Positions 17,344 to 26,484 are shown, numbered from the stretch's first letter. The stretch is DNA of 52,102 nt from Gemmatimonadota bacterium (GCA_039584755.1 JBDGXD010000001.1:1-52102), one strand, 5' to 3'. Numbers and translations: made by a program. Notes: generated by a model not told the origin, from the sequence alone.

Positions 17344-17967
17344 TCAGCGGCGGCGGAATGCCCCCGGTGCAACACCCACGCCCAATTCGAGGGACCAGAT
17401 TGGCGTGTGATTGACTTCGTACAGCCGCTGCGCCAATGTTGTGAATCCTCCGAAGACATTGAAGGATCTTCCGAGCTGCATACTGGCTCCACCAGCAATC
17501 CCAAAGGCGAAACTGGTAACTGTTCCCGCCTGATTCTCAATGGGTACGGTTGTCGCTCCGGCCGGCGAGTCTCCGGAGATCTCACTGCGTATACCCTGGA
17601 CCGGAATCCGGAGGTATGGGAACACGCGATTCGCTACGTTCCACGTCGCGGTGAGATGTCCCCCAACGCCGGTGAGTTGGCGCCGAGTATCGTTGACGGA
17701 GCCGCCGACGATTCGTGTCTGCGAATACCACAACTGGCCGCCCGCCGTGTACCTGGCGCCCAACAGTGAGATGGGTAAGCGAGTCGAGACCGTCAGTTGG
17801 AATCCGCCGCCCGTGCCGCCAAACGCATCAGTATACATGCCGGCCAGATCGATGTTGATGGGGATGCCGCGGCCATCCTGGCCGTGTGCCGCAGTCGCGA
17901 GCAACAGGGTGGCTGCACTCATCAGGGCTAGACCGCCCGTTCGTACAAGGATGCGGTGAGGCTTCAT
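17344..17967 (-). CDS. Outer-membrane beta-barrel protein (small porin-like)
   Basis: ATG 17967 gives the signal peptide MKPHRILVRTGGLALMSAATLLLATAAHG. Alternating beta-strand pattern and Gly-rich loops. It lies immediately upstream of the GT1 gene on the same strand. Confidence 0.7.
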   Translation of the reverse strand: MKPHRILVRTGGLALMSAATLLLATAAHGQDGRGIPINIDLAGMYTDAFGGTGGGFQLTVSTRLPISLLGARYTAGGQLWYSQTRIVGGSVNDTRRQLTGVGGHLTATWNVANRVFPYLRIPVQGIRSEISGDSPAGATTVPIENQAGTVTSFAFGIAGGASMQLGRSFNVFGGFTTLAQRLYEVNHTPIWSLELGVGVAPGAFRRR

Positions 17968-18218
17968 GGCTTGACCCCAATTCAAGAGACCGTCGCTAGA
18001 CCAAGTATACATATATGTACCTAGCTGGATACTGTAGGTTTCACTGGTAAGACAGTCCGATTGGGCCAAATGTTAAGAACCGAACCGTGGACTCGTCCGT
18101 TGGATTGGCTTGACCTTTCCGTGCTAGAGTTGAGTCTTACACCTCGAGAGTATACGCAACTCGAGTTACTGATGACTCTGGACCCTTGTGCGATTCGAAA
18201 CCGGGGAGACATGCTCGT

Positions 18219-19475
18219 ATGATGTCGCGATGCAAAGCTTCACGCCGTGAATTCCTGATCACATCTGGCAGTGCCATAGCCGCCACATCACTAGGTCCGC
18301 TGCTCCTCGGGAGTTGCCGCGGTGACGCAGAGAGCGGGATGGCGCGCACGTATCCCGATTCGAACCTCTACTTCATCGAGGTGTCTGGCAGTGCTCGCGA
18401 TCGAGGAAGAATACATGGGGAGACCATGCGGCCCGTGATCGCAGAGAGTGTCGACGGGTTTGCCTCGACGCTGGCCGAGGTCGGAAACGTACAGAATCTC
18501 CTGCAAGCGTTTGCCGCGAACTCTAACTTCGACGTCGAGATGGATCGTCGCACTCCCCACTTCATGGAGGAGATCCGTGGTGTCGCCGAGGGTGCCAACC
18601 AGTCGTTTGAGGTGATGTACGCCTACAATTGCTTCGACGAGATGTTGAACGTGCTCATCAGATTGTCGACGAGTGATGAGGTGGAAGCCGAGGCCGTGGC
18701 AGGCCAGACCCAACTGTCGGGGTGCAGCGGCATGGGTGTTTGGGGGCAGGGGAGTCTTCCTACGCTGTTGGGGCAGACGGTGGACACGCCGTACTTCGAT
18801 GGAGCCCAGACAATGCTGCACGTGAGACTGCCCGAGACCGATGTGGAATTGCTCTTGATCACCGCGGCCGGTAACGTGGCGGGCTTCACTGGTGTCAACA
18901 GCCACGGGATCGGTCAGACCGGGAACTCGATCGCGACTTTGGCCAACGCTGCCGTTGGAATGCCCACTTTGTTTCTGCAGCGAGCCTCGATCGAGGGTCG
19001 GACGATGCAAGAGGGCGTGGATTTCATCATGTCAGCGAGACACGCGAGTGGCGCCAACTACTTTGTCGGTGGTCCGGGAGGGTGCGTGGGCATTGAGGGT
19101 TCTGCCAACAAGGTGGTGCAGTACAATCCTACCAAGGGGCCAGGACCTGACGGGTGGCACATCTTCCACACAAACCATCCGCTTGCAAGCGACGATCTCA
19201 GCGAACTGGGGCGCGACAGCGACGCCAGCATTGAAGGAGCGACGTCCGAGCGACTGGGACAACTCACACGTCTGTACGAGGGAAGAACCGATCCAGTTAC
19301 GGTGGACACCTACAAGGAGGTTTTCGCAACGCCACCGATCTGTTTCTCGCGCGGAGCGGGCCACCCAGTGACCACGACGATGTCCACCATCATAGAATGT
19401 AGTGCGGACGACCCGGTGCTCCATGCGGCGGGTGGTCCACCGGACGTGACACCCTACGCGGCATTCCGTTTCTAG
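18219..19475 (+). CDS. Peptidase C45 / acyl-CoA:6-aminopenicillanic-acid acyltransferase family protein with a Tat signal
   Basis: Twin-arginine motif SRREFLITSGSAIAA. The Gly-Cys self-processing motif context LSGCSGMGVW is typical of C45 Ntn hydrolases. The ORF is open from TTG 18186. Confidence 0.75.
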   Translation: MMSRCKASRREFLITSGSAIAATSLGPLLLGSCRGDAESGMARTYPDSNLYFIEVSGSARDRGRIHGETMRPVIAESVDGFASTLAEVGNVQNLLQAFAANSNFDVEMDRRTPHFMEEIRGVAEGANQSFEVMYAYNCFDEMLNVLIRLSTSDEVEAEAVAGQTQLSGCSGMGVWGQGSLPTLLGQTVDTPYFDGAQTMLHVRLPETDVELLLITAAGNVAGFTGVNSHGIGQTGNSIATLANAAVGMPTLFLQRASIEGRTMQEGVDFIMSARHASGANYFVGGPGGCVGIEGSANKVVQYNPTKGPGPDGWHIFHTNHPLASDDLSELGRDSDASIEGATSERLGQLTRLYEGRTDPVTVDTYKEVFATPPICFSRGAGHPVTTTMSTIIECSADDPVLHAAGGPPDVTPYAAFRF

Positions 19476-19683
19476 CACTTCGTCCTGTTACAGCGGCTAA
19501 CTGCGCTCGAGGCGGTGGCCCTACGCCTAGCCGTGCTCTATGGAGATGGTGTGCATCACGTGCCACTCGATCGGGTCATCGAGACGATGCGGCAGACGGG
19601 TAACGATATGCAAGACAATTATAGGGAGACATCTAAGGGCGGGCTTTCGGTGAACGTGATAGACTGTTGACTCGGGAGACACC

Positions 19684-20268
19684 GTGTTTGGCCACGAATC
19701 GAACTCAGGAACACCAATGACCAACCCTGTGCACGGGTCGGGATCGTTCGAGCGCAAGATTCCACCAGGTGATACACACCCCCGTCTGGTCTGTACCGAA
19801 TGTGGTTTTATCCACTACGAGAATCCTAGGATCGTGGTGGGGTCAGTTTGTGTGTGGTCTGACCGGTTGCTGCTCTGCAGGCGCTCGATCGAGCCGCGCT
19901 CCGGGTATTGGACGATACCGGCCGGATTCATGGAACTCAACGAGACTGCCGTAGCAGGTGCCCGGCGCGAGGCCTGGGAGGAGGCACGCGCCCGAATAGA
20001 GATCGACAGCCTGCTTGGCGTCTACAACGTCCCCCGTATCAGCCAGGTGCAACTCATCTATCGAGCGCGTCTATTGACACCAGACGTCGAGGCCGGAGAG
20101 GAGACTACCGAGGTGGCGCTGTTTGAATGGGATGAGATCCCCTGGGATGAGCTGGCCTTTCCCAGTGTGCCATGGGCCTTGCGCCACTATCGCGAGGTCA
20201 TCGGACAAGCAGTCTTTACGTCGTTCACGCACCCGCCCGATGATACCCAGCCCCCTTCCCATCCCTGA
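19684..20268 (+). CDS. NUDIX hydrolase with an N-terminal zinc-ribbon-like segment
   Basis: NUDIX box GFMELNETAVAGARREAWEEARA, preceded by LVCTECGFIHYENPR. GTG 19684 follows GGGAG. An alternative ATG lies at 19717. Confidence 0.85.
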   Translation: MFGHESNSGTPMTNPVHGSGSFERKIPPGDTHPRLVCTECGFIHYENPRIVVGSVCVWSDRLLLCRRSIEPRSGYWTIPAGFMELNETAVAGARREAWEEARARIEIDSLLGVYNVPRISQVQLIYRARLLTPDVEAGEETTEVALFEWDEIPWDELAFPSVPWALRHYREVIGQAVFTSFTHPPDDTQPPSHP

Positions 20269-20385
20269 CTGGGAGGGGAAGAAGGCACGGCCACGGATTC
20301 ACGCCGAAACGGGCGGATGAACACTGATTGAAACTCGCAGCACCCTGCACGCTGCACGCTGCACTCTGCACTCTGAACTCTGCAC
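20269..20385 (+). repeat. Composite intergenic repeat, copy A: conserved module plus a 6-unit NCTGCAC heptamer array
   Basis: GGGAGGGGAAGAAGG...CGGATTCACGCCGAAACGGGCGGATGAAC (20271-20335) is followed by CCTGCAC GCTGCAC GCTGCAC TCTGCAC TCTGAAC TCTGCAC (20344-20385). It is homologous to 45107-45229. Confidence 0.8.
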
Positions 20386-20386
20386 C

Positions 20387-20815
20387 CTATCCTTCCGCTT
20401 CTCGATAGATCCGGCAACCAATCAACCCTGCAACAATCATCTCAATGAGACCGACCAGTCCCCACAGCGCCAGCATGGTCACCGGGTACAGCCCCACCAT
20501 CTGATAGCCGATGAGCGAGAGCAAGTATCCCCCGATCCAAAGAGCCACTGCTACGATAACGGCTGTCTTCGGGCCAGGGCCGAAACGGGGACGGACGGCG
20601 GCGTAGAAGAAGACCAGTGTGAGACCGACAATCAAGCTAACCACCACACTGAGAATCCAGGTTGAGGCGGTCGTCTGCATTTGCATGTTGTGGGCCTCAA
20701 GCGCAGCCTCCATGTCTCCCATGTAGAAGATGGCTGCTACCCCCTCAAAGACCCAGACAACGATCCCAGCGACAATACCGCCCATCAACCAGCGAGAGAT
20801 GTTGATCCCACTCAT
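20387..20815 (-). CDS. Integral membrane protein, hypothetical (4 TM)
   Basis: ATG 20815 lies 6 nt after GGAGGG. Sequence MSGINISRWLMGGIVAGIVVWVF... has four hydrophobic helices. The track ORF extension to 20956 lacks coding character. Confidence 0.65.
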   Translation of the reverse strand: MSGINISRWLMGGIVAGIVVWVFEGVAAIFYMGDMEAALEAHNMQMQTTASTWILSVVVSLIVGLTLVFFYAAVRPRFGPGPKTAVIVAVALWIGGYLLSLIGYQMVGLYPVTMLALWGLVGLIEMIVAGLIGCRIYREAEG

Positions 20816-20930
20816 AGCTACCCTCCGTATTGGATGACCTTTTGGCTGATCATCTGAGGCGGGAGAAGATGCGTCGGCTGCGTCGGCCTTGCAAGGTCGA
20901 GCGGGTCTGGGCGACGCGCGATTGCAGAAC

Positions 20931-20954
20931 GGCAATACGCAAGCTCGCATTGCC
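20931..20954 (-). terminator. Terminator-like hairpin downstream of the acyl-CoA dehydrogenase gene
   Basis: On the minus-strand RNA, GGCAAUGCG-AGCUUG-CGUAUUGCC forms a 9-bp stem including one G-U pair, with a weak U tract. It is flanked by ATTGCAG ATTGCAG heptamer-like units. Confidence 0.35.
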
Positions 20955-20981
20955 ACTCTGCAATCTGCAATCGGCGATTGC

Positions 20982-22148
20982 CTAGCTCGCTCCTCCTGCG
21001 GCTTCGCGCAGTAGCTTCCGTGCGATTACCAGGCGCTGGATCTGGTTGGTGCCCTCATAGATCTGCGTGATCTTCGCGTCACGCATGTACTTCTCTATGG
21101 GATAATCTTTGCAGTACCCGTAACCTCCGAACAACTGCACACACTCTGTTGTCACCTTCATTGCGACGTCAGTCGCCATCAGCTTACACATCGCCGAGAT
21201 CTTGGTTATTTGCTTGTGGCCGGAGTCGATGGTGCGAGCCGCGGCGTGCACCAGCTGACGAGCGGCCTCGATCTGCGTGGCCATGTCAGCGAACATCCAC
21301 TGGACGCCCTGGAACGAGCTGACCGACTGGCCGAACTGCTGGCGTTGGTGAGTGTACTCGATGGCCAAATCGAGGGCACCTTGAGCGAGTCCCACGGCCT
21401 GCGCCGCCACACCGGGACGTGCTCGGTCGAGTGTGATCATCGCGTGCTTGAAGCCGTGACCCTCGTCGCCCCCAAGAAGGTTGTTTGCCGGTACGCGGCA
21501 GTTGTCCAGCAGGATCTCGACCACCGGAACGCAGCGGATTCCCATCTTGTCCTCGTGCTTGCCCACACGGTAGCCAGGTGTCCCTTCCTCGACGACGAAC
21601 GCTGAGACACCGCGGGCACCGCGGTCAGGGTCGGTTACCGCGAATACGGTGTTGAACGAAGCAACTGATCCGCCGGTGTTCCATTTCTTCTCACCGTTCA
21701 GGACATACTCGTTTCCGTCCCGGGTAGCTTTGGTGGTCATCGACCCGGCGTCAGATCCGGCTTCCTTCTCCGACAACCCGAACGCTATGAGTTTGTCTCC
21801 CGCGGCGATCGGGGGGAGCCAGCGTTCTTTCTGTTCATCGGTTCCACCGACCATTATGGGGAACGATCCCAGCGCGTTGACTGCGAAGCCAACACCCATG
21901 CCTCCGCAGGCGCGGGAGAACTCCTCGACCACTATGCAGAGGTCCAACACGCCTCCGCTCAGGCCGCCGTACTCCCTTGGGATCCACACACCCGACAATC
22001 CGGCTTCCTTGATGCCCTTCTGGACCTCCCACGGATACTCTTGCTCCACATCGTACTTGGCCGCGACGGGCCGCATTACAGTCTCGGCCACCTCTCGGGA
22101 GCGGTTTCTCAGGTCGACCTGCTGTGGTGTATAGAGCTCTTCTATCAT
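20982..22148 (-). CDS. Acyl-CoA dehydrogenase
   Basis: Full-length ACAD pattern: GLSGVWIPREYGG, LSEKEAGSDA, and C-terminal QLFGGYGY...YRDAKITQIYEGTNQIQRLVIAR. ATG 22148 is preferred over 22196. Confidence 0.9.
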   Translation of the reverse strand: MIEELYTPQQVDLRNRSREVAETVMRPVAAKYDVEQEYPWEVQKGIKEAGLSGVWIPREYGGLSGGVLDLCIVVEEFSRACGGMGVGFAVNALGSFPIMVGGTDEQKERWLPPIAAGDKLIAFGLSEKEAGSDAGSMTTKATRDGNEYVLNGEKKWNTGGSVASFNTVFAVTDPDRGARGVSAFVVEEGTPGYRVGKHEDKMGIRCVPVVEILLDNCRVPANNLLGGDEGHGFKHAMITLDRARPGVAAQAVGLAQGALDLAIEYTHQRQQFGQSVSSFQGVQWMFADMATQIEAARQLVHAAARTIDSGHKQITKISAMCKLMATDVAMKVTTECVQLFGGYGYCKDYPIEKYMRDAKITQIYEGTNQIQRLVIARKLLREAAGGAS

Positions 22149-22286
22149 TAGTCTCACTCGTTGCCCGGTTGTCAGATTTCGTTCGATTTGAAGCATGTCC
22201 AGCGGACGAAAAGTACAACATGATCGGTTGACTTGCGCGCATCATGTGTTTGGGGCCCCGCAGTGAACCACGACGTGAGTGCGGAT

Positions 22287-22643
22287 CTAGTACGGCATTT
22301 GATCGTCGCTCAGCCCAATGTGGTGCCCTAGCTCATGGATGAGGGTGTATCTGATCTCGGCAACGATTTCGTCGATCGAACGGAACGACCGGAGGATCGG
22401 CCCGCGGTAGATCTCGATCTGGTCCGGCAGACCGGTGTGCCCGCTGCCTCGCTCGGTCAGAGGTGTGCCGTGATACAGTCCTAGCAATTCGTCCCCAGCG
22501 GCCTCGAGACCCGGTGACTCGATATCTCTCGGATCGGGTTCGTCCACGATGACGATCGCAACGTTCTCGAGCGCCGGCAGGAACTCTTCCGGCAGATCTT
22601 CGATGACGCCGCGAACCACGTTATCGAAAGCTTGATCGTCCAT
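22287..22643 (-). CDS. Zinicin-like metallopeptidase family protein (DUF1025-type)
   Basis: 118 aa with a C-terminal HELGHHIGLSD (HExxH) motif and an acidic N-terminal region typical of this small family. Confidence 0.75.
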   Translation of the reverse strand: MDDQAFDNVVRGVIEDLPEEFLPALENVAIVIVDEPDPRDIESPGLEAAGDELLGLYHGTPLTERGSGHTGLPDQIEIYRGPILRSFRSIDEIVAEIRYTLIHELGHHIGLSDDQMPY

Positions 22644-22702
22644 GCTGATGGTAAGATGCCGCCGGCGATCTTGTCGCGGTAGACCGTCCCAGCTCCCTTC
22701 AT

Positions 22703-22724
22703 CTCCTTCCCCTCCTTCCCCTCC
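22703..22724 (-). repeat. Polypurine tandem motif (GGAGGGGAA x2) in a divergent promoter region
   Basis: The plus strand reads CTCCTTCCCCTCCTTCCCCTCC, so the minus strand reads GGAGGGGAAGGAGGGGAAGGAG. This is the same motif that heads the composite repeats at 20271 and 45109. Confidence 0.6.
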
Positions 22725-22829
22725 AAACCACCAGATCTATTCTTGTTACATTCGCCGCATTCGAGTTGTGGTGTCCTGCTTCCGGTAGCCAAGCTACCTT
22801 TCACGTTGGCTTGTCCTTGGAGTTGATAG

Positions 22830-24527
22830 ATGGCGGTAGTCGAACTGCAAATGAGCCGATTGGTGGGAGTCGTGAAAGTCGCGTCACTGGTCATTCTTTT
22901 GTCTGTCGTGGTGGCCGGTGGCCTACGGCCGCAGGCTGCCGTCGGTATTGGGCGCCATCAAGTAGCCCGGTCTGCGAGCGGTGTGGTAGTGGCCGCACAT
23001 CCCTTGGACACGTGGGCGGGGGCGAGGGTCCTACAACTGGGAGGCAACGCTGCTGACGCTGCTGTCGCTGCAGGATTCGCCGTTTCGGTCGTTCGGCCGT
23101 CGATGAACAGCATTGGAGGCCGCAATCAGATACTGTTGCGCACGTCAGACGGCGAGGTCTTTGGCATCGATGGCACCACCCAGGTGCCGGAGGGTTACGA
23201 TCCCGAGACCGCACCTCATGCGTCATATGGGTATGCAACGATCGGCGTTCCCGGTGCGCTGGCCGGTCTGCTGCGTCTGCACCGAGAACACGGGTCCCTG
23301 CCTCTGGATACGGTAATGGCTCCGGCCATCGAGTACGCCGAGCAGGGATTCAGGCTGTTGCCCGTCCAGGCTCTGTTCCACGCGGAGTCGGCCTCGCAAA
23401 TCGCAGAGTCCGAAGGTGCCCGTATCTACTACCTGAAGCCAGACTCGACTCCGTTTCGTGCGGGCGAGTTGTTGCGCCAGCCAGACTTGGCACGGACTCT
23501 CCGTAGAATAGCGGCGGGTGGTGCGGACGTGTTCTACCGCGGTGAAATCGCGCAGGCTATTGCAGCCGATATGGAAGCCAATGGTGGGTTCGTGACGCTT
23601 CAATCGTTGGCTGACTACCGGGCAGAAGATGCTCGCATTGTACGTGGTAGCTATCGAGGGTACGAACTGATCGGAATGGATGTGCCATCTACCGGTGCAT
23701 TGGCCATTCAGTCTTTGCAGATACTGGAGAATTACGATCGGGCAGAGTATTCGGCGGAAGAATGGGCGGTTCTCAAAGGCCAGGCGATTGCGCTCAGCGT
23801 TGCGGAGTTCTTGCAGCTCGGAACGGACACGGCTGCTATCCGCGCTACTTCGAAGGAGTGGGCGACCAGGCAGGCTGAGAAGATCGGATTGGTGGAGTCA
23901 GGCTCTTCGCTCGAAGAGCCTCAAGCTGGCTTCATTCACAACCACGACCAGGGGTATACCACACATCTCTCGGTGGCAGACAGTTCGGGAATGGTGGTCT
24001 CTTTCACTCAAACGATCGGCCCAGCGATGGGCTCCAAGGTCGTCACACCTGGCTTGGGTTTCTTGTATGCGGCGACACTCGGTGGGTACCTCGGCGGTCA
24101 GATGCTACCGGGAACCAGAGCGCGTTCGTTCATAACCCCCTTCCTCGTGTTGAAAGACGGAGAACCGGTGCTGGTTTTGGGTGCGGCGGGTGGGATGAGA
24201 ATCCTCTCCGCCGTAGTACAGGTGGTGAGTCGGGTGGTGGACGATGAGATGAACATGGCTGAAGCATTGGCGGCCCCACGGATTCATCCGATAATGGATT
24301 CCACGTTCGCTCTTAAGGGCCTTGCTATGGAAACCGTGCCGGGCCGTGGGTGGACCGAGCAACAGGTCAGCATTGTCGAGCAGATGGGCTTCGCAGTAAC
24401 CGCAACAACGCGTCCCGGATCCTTTGGCCGAGTTCACGGTATCCGCCGTGATCTTGTGACGGGTGTGTGGATCGGTGTTGCCGATCCCGGTGGTGAGGGC
24501 TCAGCCGTCGGCATTGGGCGCAACTGA
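22830..24527 (+). CDS. ggt: Gamma-glutamyltransferase (paralog 1)
   Basis: GGT family throughout. The autoprocessing and nucleophile Thr context is QGYTTHLSVADSSGMVVSFTQTIG, with a C-terminal GAAGGMRI motif. N-terminal signal/anchor present. An alternative start lies at 22851. Confidence 0.9.
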   Translation: MAVVELQMSRLVGVVKVASLVILLSVVVAGGLRPQAAVGIGRHQVARSASGVVVAAHPLDTWAGARVLQLGGNAADAAVAAGFAVSVVRPSMNSIGGRNQILLRTSDGEVFGIDGTTQVPEGYDPETAPHASYGYATIGVPGALAGLLRLHREHGSLPLDTVMAPAIEYAEQGFRLLPVQALFHAESASQIAESEGARIYYLKPDSTPFRAGELLRQPDLARTLRRIAAGGADVFYRGEIAQAIAADMEANGGFVTLQSLADYRAEDARIVRGSYRGYELIGMDVPSTGALAIQSLQILENYDRAEYSAEEWAVLKGQAIALSVAEFLQLGTDTAAIRATSKEWATRQAEKIGLVESGSSLEEPQAGFIHNHDQGYTTHLSVADSSGMVVSFTQTIGPAMGSKVVTPGLGFLYAATLGGYLGGQMLPGTRARSFITPFLVLKDGEPVLVLGAAGGMRILSAVVQVVSRVVDDEMNMAEALAAPRIHPIMDSTFALKGLAMETVPGRGWTEQQVSIVEQMGFAVTATTRPGSFGRVHGIRRDLVTGVWIGVADPGGEGSAVGIGRN

Positions 24528-24701
24528 GCGAATCGGCGACGGTACCGAAACGGCAATGGTAGGACCGTTCTGTTGAGGGGGTGACGTGGGTCCGCTGCGT
24601 GGCCGAACCTCGCCGTTCTTCACCGCCTCTTACCAAAAGACCGAATGTAAGGCACATTTACATGGTTGAAACTGCGCAGGAGCTGTTACCTAGTAGGAAT
24701 T

Positions 24702-25259
24702 ATGTCCCGGAGTAAATACCACCTCCAGACCGACAAGACCGGTAACTGGTACGTTGACGTCCCAGTCGACCATGGCTCGGCGAGTGTTAGAGTCAGTTTC
24801 GCCCGCTGGTATCTTGAACCGCCTATACGCGATGACGGTAGCGTCGATATCGAGTCACTGGTGAACGAGCTTCAGGAAGAAGTGACGGGCGGAACGCTCC
24901 AGATCCACAACGTGTTCGAGCACGAAGGCATGAAGTTCCCGGTCGAGATCGAGTTGAACTCACGCGATGACCTGGAAGCCCTGATTCGTGTGATCCGGAA
25001 GGTGTTCAAGGAAGGACTCAAACGGAGTAACCAGGTCAGGCAAGGTGGTCTCGATCGGTGCCACGAGCGGTTGGCCGAGACCGGCGCGACTGAGGAACCG
25101 GAGGATGGAGATCGCCGCAGGGCTGATCGCCGAGACATTGGCGATCGTAGAGCCGCCGAGCGGCGTCAGTGGTATTCCCCGCCGGCCAAGGATCATCGCA
25201 AGGACGAACGCCGCAGTGGTGGTGAGCGCCGCAACGGTGGTGAACGCCGGGTGGCATAG
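24702..25259 (+). CDS. Hypothetical protein with a C-terminal (E/D)RR-repeat arginine-rich tail
   Basis: An N-terminal domain of about 130 aa of unknown family is followed by DRRRADRRDIGDRRAAERR...DERRSGGERRNGGERRVA. The last two repeats come from an 18-nt tandem duplication. The track ORF opens at TTG 24666. Confidence 0.55.
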   Translation: MSRSKYHLQTDKTGNWYVDVPVDHGSASVRVSFARWYLEPPIRDDGSVDIESLVNELQEEVTGGTLQIHNVFEHEGMKFPVEIELNSRDDLEALIRVIRKVFKEGLKRSNQVRQGGLDRCHERLAETGATEEPEDGDRRRADRRDIGDRRAAERRQWYSPPAKDHRKDERRSGGERRNGGERRVA

Positions 25260-25307
25260 GCGGCAGGTCGGCGGGAAGCGGCATATCCAGATGCAGGTAT
25301 CCTCGAC

Positions 25308-25883
25308 ATGACCGGACCAGATCCGCTGTCGGCCGGTCCGCCTGAAGCAACGAGAGATGGCAGGATGCTCGTGCTCATGGGCCTCCTCATGGTCATTCTC
25401 GGAATCCTGGCCGTGACATCACCGCTGGTAACAGGCGTTGCCATTGCTTTGACGGTAGGAACGCTGGTGCTGCTGGGCGGCGTTCTGCAGATCGTGCTAG
25501 GGGTCAAAGCCGAATCGTGGGGTTCGCGGATCTTCGGCATGATCTTGGGTGTGGTTGCTCTCGTCTGCGGTCTGCTGCTGATCGGGCACCCGCTGTTTGG
25601 CCTCAGCTTTCTCACGCTTGTCCTTGCCGGGTACTTCCTCCTCGATGGGATCGTCCAGGTCGTTCAGGGGCTTGACATCAAACCCGACCGCGGTTGGGGC
25701 GCGACGCTCTTGGCGGGTCTGCTTTCGGTGCTGCTGGGCGTTTTGATTTGGCAGCGGTGGCCGCTTTCGGGAGATTGGGCGGTGGGAGTCCTGGTTGGCC
25801 TCAAGATCCTGCTGAGTGGTTGGAGCATGATCGCTTGTGGCAGTGCGGGCCGCCGGGCAGCTCAAGAGGTAGTCGACTCGTAG
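25308..25883 (+). CDS. HdeD/DUF308 family membrane protein
   Basis: Six TM helices with the characteristic repeated G-rich pattern (LGILAVTSPLVTG, LLGGVLQIVLG, GVVALVCGLLLIGHP, VLLGVLIW). An alternative start lies at 25365. Confidence 0.8.
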   Translation: MTGPDPLSAGPPEATRDGRMLVLMGLLMVILGILAVTSPLVTGVAIALTVGTLVLLGGVLQIVLGVKAESWGSRIFGMILGVVALVCGLLLIGHPLFGLSFLTLVLAGYFLLDGIVQVVQGLDIKPDRGWGATLLAGLLSVLLGVLIWQRWPLSGDWAVGVLVGLKILLSGWSMIACGSAGRRAAQEVVDS

Positions 25884-26009
25884 CTGCGTCTCTGTCCTCG
25901 TTTGGTAACCACAACTTAGACAACAACTTACAATTACGGTGATGGCGGTCACGGCCGCCTGGCAATGGTTGGATGCAGGTTGGATGGGTCCAAATACGAT
26001 GATCCGACC

Positions 26010-26411
26010 ATGAAGCAGTGCGCAGTCCTGCCAAGTCTGGTGCTCAACGTGCCGGCGATAGCGTTGAAATCGCCCGAGGAGGTGGCCCGTGTTCTCGGTC
26101 CGCCGGAGCGGACCAATGGTGCTCAGCTCAGTGCCAACGTGAGGAACCGGTATCATCGTGGGACCATCGAGATCGTCTTCGTGGAAGGAAAGGCGTGTTG
26201 GATAAAGCTGTACAACACGCGTAACATGGAGTTCAGTAGGGATACGCTGCCCAAGCTCGGGCTGCCTGCCGCCAAGCCCACCTACGTAAACGCCCGCCAC
26301 GTAATGAGTTGGAGCAACCTGGCCAACCTCAAGGAAGTCAGCATGTATGCCGGAGAGAACGGTGCTGTCTCTTCGATATTGATCTGTGTCGAGGCCGAGC
26401 AGGCGGCCTAG
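26010..26411 (+). CDS. Hypothetical protein
   Basis: The ORF has protein-like composition (…GTIEIVFVEGKACWIKLYNTRNMEF…) and no recognised family. The start is uncertain (25965 or 26010). Confidence 0.4.
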   Translation: MKQCAVLPSLVLNVPAIALKSPEEVARVLGPPERTNGAQLSANVRNRYHRGTIEIVFVEGKACWIKLYNTRNMEFSRDTLPKLGLPAAKPTYVNARHVMSWSNLANLKEVSMYAGENGAVSSILICVEAEQAA

Positions 26412-26484
26412 CCCTGTAGTTCCCTCTCTCAGTCCCACAACCCCTGCTCGCATCGGCGCTCTGCCCTGGTCATGTTTCGTCACC

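Noticed and set aside
20344-20385. Heptamer arrays (here and at 45167-45229) considered as a CRISPR or coding repeat
   Set aside because: The units are 7 nt with no spacers and no cas genes, so this is not a CRISPR array. A period of 7 is incompatible with coding repeats.
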